From Amoeboradix gromovi X-113 (taxonomy: Eukaryota > Fungi > Sanchytriomycota), in contig JADGIF010000057.1 in assembly GCA_018985225.1 (NCBI GenBank), positions 1-25,653 on the forward strand: DNA of 25,653 nt, written 5' to 3'. Shown piece after piece: positions 21,387 to 25,653 of this stretch (position 1 is the first letter of the stretch; every line of letters begins with the position of its first letter). A program made the translations under genes and the position numbers. The notes under the pieces were generated by a model. The model worked only from the letters and a program-made list of their open reading frames with translations. It made no database searches and was not told where the DNA came from.

Positions 21387-21983
21387 ATGGATCGTTACAG
21401 AAAGAAAGTTCCAGAGCTTTGCATTTTAAATGATACCGAGCAGATAATTAAGGTGCCGGACCATCTTCAAAAGCAGCCACTGGAGGAACTGCTGTATTTG
21501 GTGGACACTTCAAAATTAAATGTAGTAGACAAAAACACACAACAGTTGGCAATAATAGATTTCTGGTGCTGGTGCGATCAATTCATATCTTTGAAATGGT
21601 TCAGATGCTACTCTAAACTAAGGAATATGGGCTACAAGTTTCATGGACAATGGTTTATTAATCCATCTAAGAAAAACTCGTTTTACGTCTTACCAGTAGA
21701 TAGCAATGACGAATTAGATTTGGTTAGGGAGTTTGCTAGTGGAAAACTCTCTCGTCCAGTCAATCCGTTTGTTAACGTACCTGCAATGGTAGTTAAAATG
21801 CCAAATTATCAAATGGCTATTCAATATTTTCAGTCTGAAATCGACAATTGCGAGGATGCCCTTTTGCTTTCCATATTCGATAAAGACGATACATACATGT
21901 TATCGATAGAGCAAATTAATTTAGTCAACGACAAAAAAGAAAAAGCGAGAGCAATCATGAGACGAAGCGCATTTATTTCTTAA
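21387..21983 (+). CDS. tRNA-splicing endonuclease subunit-like protein (probably a reduced Sen54)
   Basis: [10 protein letters not shown] and [10 protein letters not shown] resemble the SEN subunit N-terminal EE.LYL / Y..L+..GY motifs. No clear catalytic Y-H-K set is visible. Confidence 0.55.
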   Translation: MDRYRKKVPELCILNDTEQIIKVPDHLQKQPLEELLYLVDTSKLNVVDKNTQQLAIIDFWCWCDQFISLKWFRCYSKLRNMGYKFHGQWFINPSKKNSFYVLPVDSNDELDLVREFASGKLSRPVNPFVNVPAMVVKMPNYQMAIQYFQSEIDNCEDALLLSIFDKDDTYMLSIEQINLVNDKKEKARAIMRRSAFIS

Positions 21984-22386
21984 TTTGAGAGGTAATCCAT
22001 TCTTTCGTAAATAAATCAGCATCTCTCAGCTCCAAAATTTTAGCAGAAATCCCAGCTTTATTACTCAGCATCACACTGTTTGTGGCATATAGCATATTTA
22101 AGTTTGCTTTTGTTGGCGGAGAATAATAAATAAAGCATAAAGGAAACTGTAAACGATCAGCGTGCTGCCATTTGAATGATATTATAACATACCTTGGTGA
22201 TGTAAATGGTAACTCAAGTTCTTCAAGCAGTTCATCAAAATCTTTGTACTCTGTCACGGACTCCATCTCAATAAGTAGCTTTTCACGATCTATCTTGGCG
22301 ACTAGTACCGCGGTTTTGTTGTTAAACTTAAAACGGAATTGCTCTATTTCTGTCAGCAAATTAGGATCAATTGAACACGTTGACAT
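21973..22386 (-). CDS. GMF: Glia maturation factor (ADF-H domain; Aim7/GMF)
   Basis: FRF..., ELP.TSPRYVIISF, DRLQFPLCFIYYSP and NMLYA motifs. Confidence 0.9.
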   Translation of the reverse strand: MSTCSIDPNLLTEIEQFRFKFNNKTAVLVAKIDREKLLIEMESVTEYKDFDELLEELELPFTSPRYVIISFKWQHADRLQFPLCFIYYSPPTKANLNMLYATNSVMLSNKAGISAKILELRDADLFTKEWITSQIKK

Positions 22387-22522
22387 AGGCTTGTTTTAAA
22401 AATTAAAGACACTCGACAAAGACTTGCGTCTTCATTTTGATGGAATGGATCATTTATCGTGGTAAAACGACTATTGCTGCTCAAATGGTCTTGCCTTCGA
22501 TGGCGTTGTAAGTAAACAAAAA

Positions 22523-22996
22523 ATGGGATATTCTCTTTTCTCATCTATCGCAAACTGCTGTCATCCAAGCCAAATATTTCAATCTAAAAATAATCAACCA
22601 GTATTTAACGCAATCTTTCGCATTCAGGAGATTGTCCAAAAGGATATCATCGATGAAGATGATCTTGGTGCTCCTGTATATTCGAACCTTAATGAGGGCA
22701 ACGACTACAGGTGTTTTGTGATTTCTAAGATGGGCCAAGAAGTGGATTGCTTTATACTACCAATTCACAAAGAGAATCAAAAGTTAAAAAAAGAAATAAA
22801 CGAGATGTTAACATACATCAAGGAGTTGCAAGAGAATCATGTTTCTACCCAGAAACTCTTTGAATGTTTAATTACAAATATTTATATTGCCAATGATGAT
22901 AAGCACACACAGACAGATATGCCTCAGCCTCAAAAACCAAAAGAAATAAGAGAACTAAAGTTGAATTTGAAGAGAAACTGGAATAAATCAGACTAA
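22523..22996 (+). CDS. Hypothetical protein with central coiled coil
   Basis: 157-aa ORF with an AAAA-ATG context, a heptad-like KENQKLKKEINEMLTYIKELQE segment and N-terminal Gly2/CC. No family was recognised. Confidence 0.55.
   Translation: MGYSLFSSIANCCHPSQIFQSKNNQPVFNAIFRIQEIVQKDIIDEDDLGAPVYSNLNEGNDYRCFVISKMGQEVDCFILPIHKENQKLKKEINEMLTYIKELQENHVSTQKLFECLITNIYIANDDKHTQTDMPQPQKPKEIRELKLNLKRNWNKSD
22559..22697 (+). repeat. Copy 1 of a 139-nt inverted duplication
   Basis: Matches the reverse complement of 25515-25653 with 4 mismatches (manual alignment). Confidence 0.95.
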
Positions 22997-23036
22997 CCAA
23001 TATTTATTTCTTGTAATCTCATGAAAGAGTCTTTTC

Positions 23037-23951
23037 TTAACTAAAAAAAAATATCTTATCACCCTCTTCAACATCAACCTCCTGATCAAAGTCTATTGCT
23101 TTTATTTCATCGTCTGGAGTTCCAATTTTTTTTAATTTGTCATACCCAAATTTGTCCTTGAGGCTCTCAGACAGGTACTTTAAATTTAAAGGATTCTTCA
23201 CAGAGATCGTCTTTTCTGATTTTCCGTAACAAACTTTAATATTTACTCTTTCAGTCGGTTCTTCTATAATGTTGCCCCAGACAACCCCGGGAAGAAGTCC
23301 CGCCATTAGATGATGAAACAAAATACTGCCGTTAACAGTTAGGGAATCAGGGTCTACGTTGAATTCTTTGCAAAAGCTGTTAATTGCGGGTTTTATTTCC
23401 GCATGCTCTTCTACTTTGTAAGTTTTATCACCGTTTAAACAAGCGAAATGGACATCCACCATAGTGCTGTTCTTCTTCAGATTGCTCACTATTTCATGTG
23501 CTTCTTTAGGTAATTGATTTGATTTTTCCTTTTTAGAGCAAGTGTCAAATATCCCGCTGGATTCGGATTCAATTGTAAGATCAATAATGTCCGTATTTTT
23601 GACATTTACGTTTTTAGTTTTTCGCAGCCTTAGCTTCTTTCTCATTCGCGATTCCATTTGCAGTTTGTTTTCAAAATCCTGCACATCTTCCGTTCGTTTA
23701 ATATACTCGATTGGCGGCTGAACCTTGCGCTCGGAATTTTCGACAACATGGAGAGCATACGAAGAGTCTGTTGAACTAGACGACATTAATTCGATTACAG
23801 AAGTATGAGACATCTTTCGTTTTTTACTCTTAAATTTTTGAACTTTGATTACTTCAGCATTAGTCTCATTTAATTCTAGAACATCGTCCTCATCAAAGTC
23901 ACAGTAATTTGAAGTATAGAATTCTGTGGAATTATAAGAATTCGACTCCAT
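23037..23951 (-). CDS. Possible Rad60/Esc2/NIP45-like SUMO-like-domain protein
   Basis: Low-complexity N-terminus with SIM-like VIELMSSS and IIDLTIESES, and a C-terminal half with two tandem beta-grasp-like segments ending DVEEGDKI. The first ATG is at 23951. Confidence 0.45.
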   Translation of the reverse strand: MESNSYNSTEFYTSNYCDFDEDDVLELNETNAEVIKVQKFKSKKRKMSHTSVIELMSSSSTDSSYALHVVENSERKVQPPIEYIKRTEDVQDFENKLQMESRMRKKLRLRKTKNVNVKNTDIIDLTIESESSGIFDTCSKKEKSNQLPKEAHEIVSNLKKNSTMVDVHFACLNGDKTYKVEEHAEIKPAINSFCKEFNVDPDSLTVNGSILFHHLMAGLLPGVVWGNIIEEPTERVNIKVCYGKSEKTISVKNPLNLKYLSESLKDKFGYDKLKKIGTPDDEIKAIDFDQEVDVEEGDKIFFFS

Positions 23952-23995
23952 GTTACGTAAACTTGATTTTGACAAAGTTTTAAGGAGTCAGTTTG

Positions 23996-25036
23996 ATGTT
24001 GGAATCCTTCTCAACTGCCAGCAAGCCCATAATTTTAGCACCGATGGTTAGTTACGGTCATCTTCCTTTTAGATTACTTGCCCGCAATTATGGTGCAGAT
24101 GTTGCGTTTAGTCCGATGATTCACACACGAATGTATCAACAACCAAAATACAGAAACAATTTTAAATTTGATGACGGGTGTGTTGCTCAAATATGCGGTA
24201 ATAACGTGGAGGACGTCATGAAGACTTGCAAGTTGTTAGAACCGGCAGTGAAAGCTATTGATTTAAACTTGGGATGTCCTCAAGGTATTGCTTCAAAGGG
24301 CAATTATGGTGCTTTTTTAATGGAGCAGCCTGATACTGTTTCTGATATTGTAAAAGCACTTAGTACTAATCTAAGTATCCCGATATCGTGCAAAGTTCGA
24401 ATATTTAACAACTACGAGGATACTTTAAAATGGTGTACGATGCTTCAGTCAAGCGGTGCTAGAATGATAACTGTTCATGGTAGAACAAGAAAGCAGCGTG
24501 GATCTAACAGTGGACTGGCAGATTGGCATCAAATAAAAAAGCTAAAGCAAGCATTATCTGTGCCTGTTATTATGAACGGAAACATTTTGTATTCAAATGA
24601 TATAGAAAAGGCATTAAAATACACTGGATGCGATGGCTTAATGATTGCGGAGACTGCTCTTTATCATCCTGGGATATTTAATGGAACAGTCAAGCCAGTA
24701 TGGGAGTTTGCAAGAGAGTATTTAGATATTTACAACAAATGCGATTTAGAATGCTCGATGGCGATTCAAAAAGGTCATATTTTCAAGTTTTTTAGAAACT
24801 TCTGCAAACAGGATAATGATTTGAGCATGAGGCTAACAAAATCAAGAGACTTGTTGCCAATAATAGAGGAGTGGGAGGATAGAATCAGAGAACGTTACGA
24901 TGTAATTATAGATGAAGCGAGGGACATTGATTTTGATTTTGACGACTCAGGATACCGTGACATTCCTGCTTATTTAACGCAACCTTATATTAGAGACAAG
25001 TCGCATGGTATTTATTCCCCAAAAGTAGATGAATGA
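23996..25036 (+). CDS. DUS1: tRNA-dihydrouridine synthase Dus1
   Basis: ILAPMV, IDLNLGCPQGIA.KG.YGAFLME, TVHGRTR.Q+G..SGLADW and AETALYHP motifs. Confidence 0.93.
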   Translation: MLESFSTASKPIILAPMVSYGHLPFRLLARNYGADVAFSPMIHTRMYQQPKYRNNFKFDDGCVAQICGNNVEDVMKTCKLLEPAVKAIDLNLGCPQGIASKGNYGAFLMEQPDTVSDIVKALSTNLSIPISCKVRIFNNYEDTLKWCTMLQSSGARMITVHGRTRKQRGSNSGLADWHQIKKLKQALSVPVIMNGNILYSNDIEKALKYTGCDGLMIAETALYHPGIFNGTVKPVWEFAREYLDIYNKCDLECSMAIQKGHIFKFFRNFCKQDNDLSMRLTKSRDLLPIIEEWEDRIRERYDVIIDEARDIDFDFDDSGYRDIPAYLTQPYIRDKSHGIYSPKVDE

Positions 25037-25514
25037 TTCCTTGTCTCAGTTGAGCTGTAAAACAAATCTCGATAAAAACTAGACTGACAGGTTGTAAATA
25101 AAGCACTTATTTTAACTTGGCTTCTCATTTAACAGTTCATGTGAGTTTTTTAAAGTCATTTTTGAAAGGAAAAGGCCATAGTCACATTAATCGTGCTGCA
25201 GAACTTGCAATCAACATTGTATTCACCTGCCATGCTGCTCTGTGCAACGAAAAAAAGAGCCCAATAAGTCTTACAAAGATCTAACCAGACTTTTTCTGAC
25301 CTTAGGCCCTCTCTAAGCACACCAAAATCTAAAATGATTATGAAGGCAATAAACCAACTTTTGAAGTCATTAAATGTCTAAAGAACTGGCAATGGGCAAA
25401 GCTCACAGAGATGATATAATTGTCTGACTATTTGTCTAGTTTTAGGTATTAAAGTATGGGAGAACATCTGTAAAAATTACTTGGACTATATTCTACTGAC
25501 CAATTTCGTCACTG

Positions 25515-25653
25515 CCTCATTAAGGTTCGAATATACAGGAGCACAAAGATCATCTTCATCGATGATATCCTTTTGGACAATCTCCTGAATGCAAAAGATT
25601 GCGTTAAATACTGCTTGATTATTTTTAGATTGAAATATTTAGCTTGGATGACA
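25515..25653 (-). repeat. Copy 2 of the inverted duplication (partial paralog of the 22523 ORF, runs off the window)
   Basis: Near-identical to 22559-22697. The frame continues into unrelated sequence (EAVTKLVSRI) and stops at 25486-25488. Confidence 0.92.

Noticed and set aside
22711-22729. 19-nt GT..AG segment in the 22523 ORF as another intron
   Set aside because: It lacks the GTA start and the TTAA-NN-YAG end, and removal would truncate an otherwise open coiled-coil frame.
5679-22738. Antisense or alternate-frame ORFs inside genes (5679, 7123, 8960, 13281, 14070, 16056, 17105, 18286, 18542, 18887, 19263, 20274, 20434, 21039, 22172, 22353, 22541)
   Set aside because: Shadow frames overlapping better-supported genes, with no independent motif support.

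Overview
Gene-dense, AT-rich eukaryotic nuclear DNA in the standard genetic code. It most likely comes from a compact-genome, early-diverging flagellated fungus or similar opisthokont (inferred from fungal-type housekeeping genes plus axonemal CFAP52). Genes in order: RPT5, a probable complex I accessory subunit, MKT1, RRP9, SNX4/ATG24, SWD1, a DUF4536 protein, CFAP52, RIO2, a DUF4203 membrane protein, PBP1/ataxin-2, mitochondrial HSP70, a SEN54-like protein, GMF, an unknown coiled-coil protein, a possible Rad60/Esc2-like protein and DUS1. The strongest signal missed by the ORF track is a set of four ultra-short (19-22 nt) GT-AG introns. All end in TTAA-NN-YAG and all lie within the last 200 nt of their CDS. 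Also present: two decayed Fanzor2/TnpB-like remnants (one followed by a hairpin-rich omegaRNA-like segment), a ~550-nt structured non-coding candidate, a 2.3-kb gene-free block, and a recent inverted partial gene duplication at the right edge.
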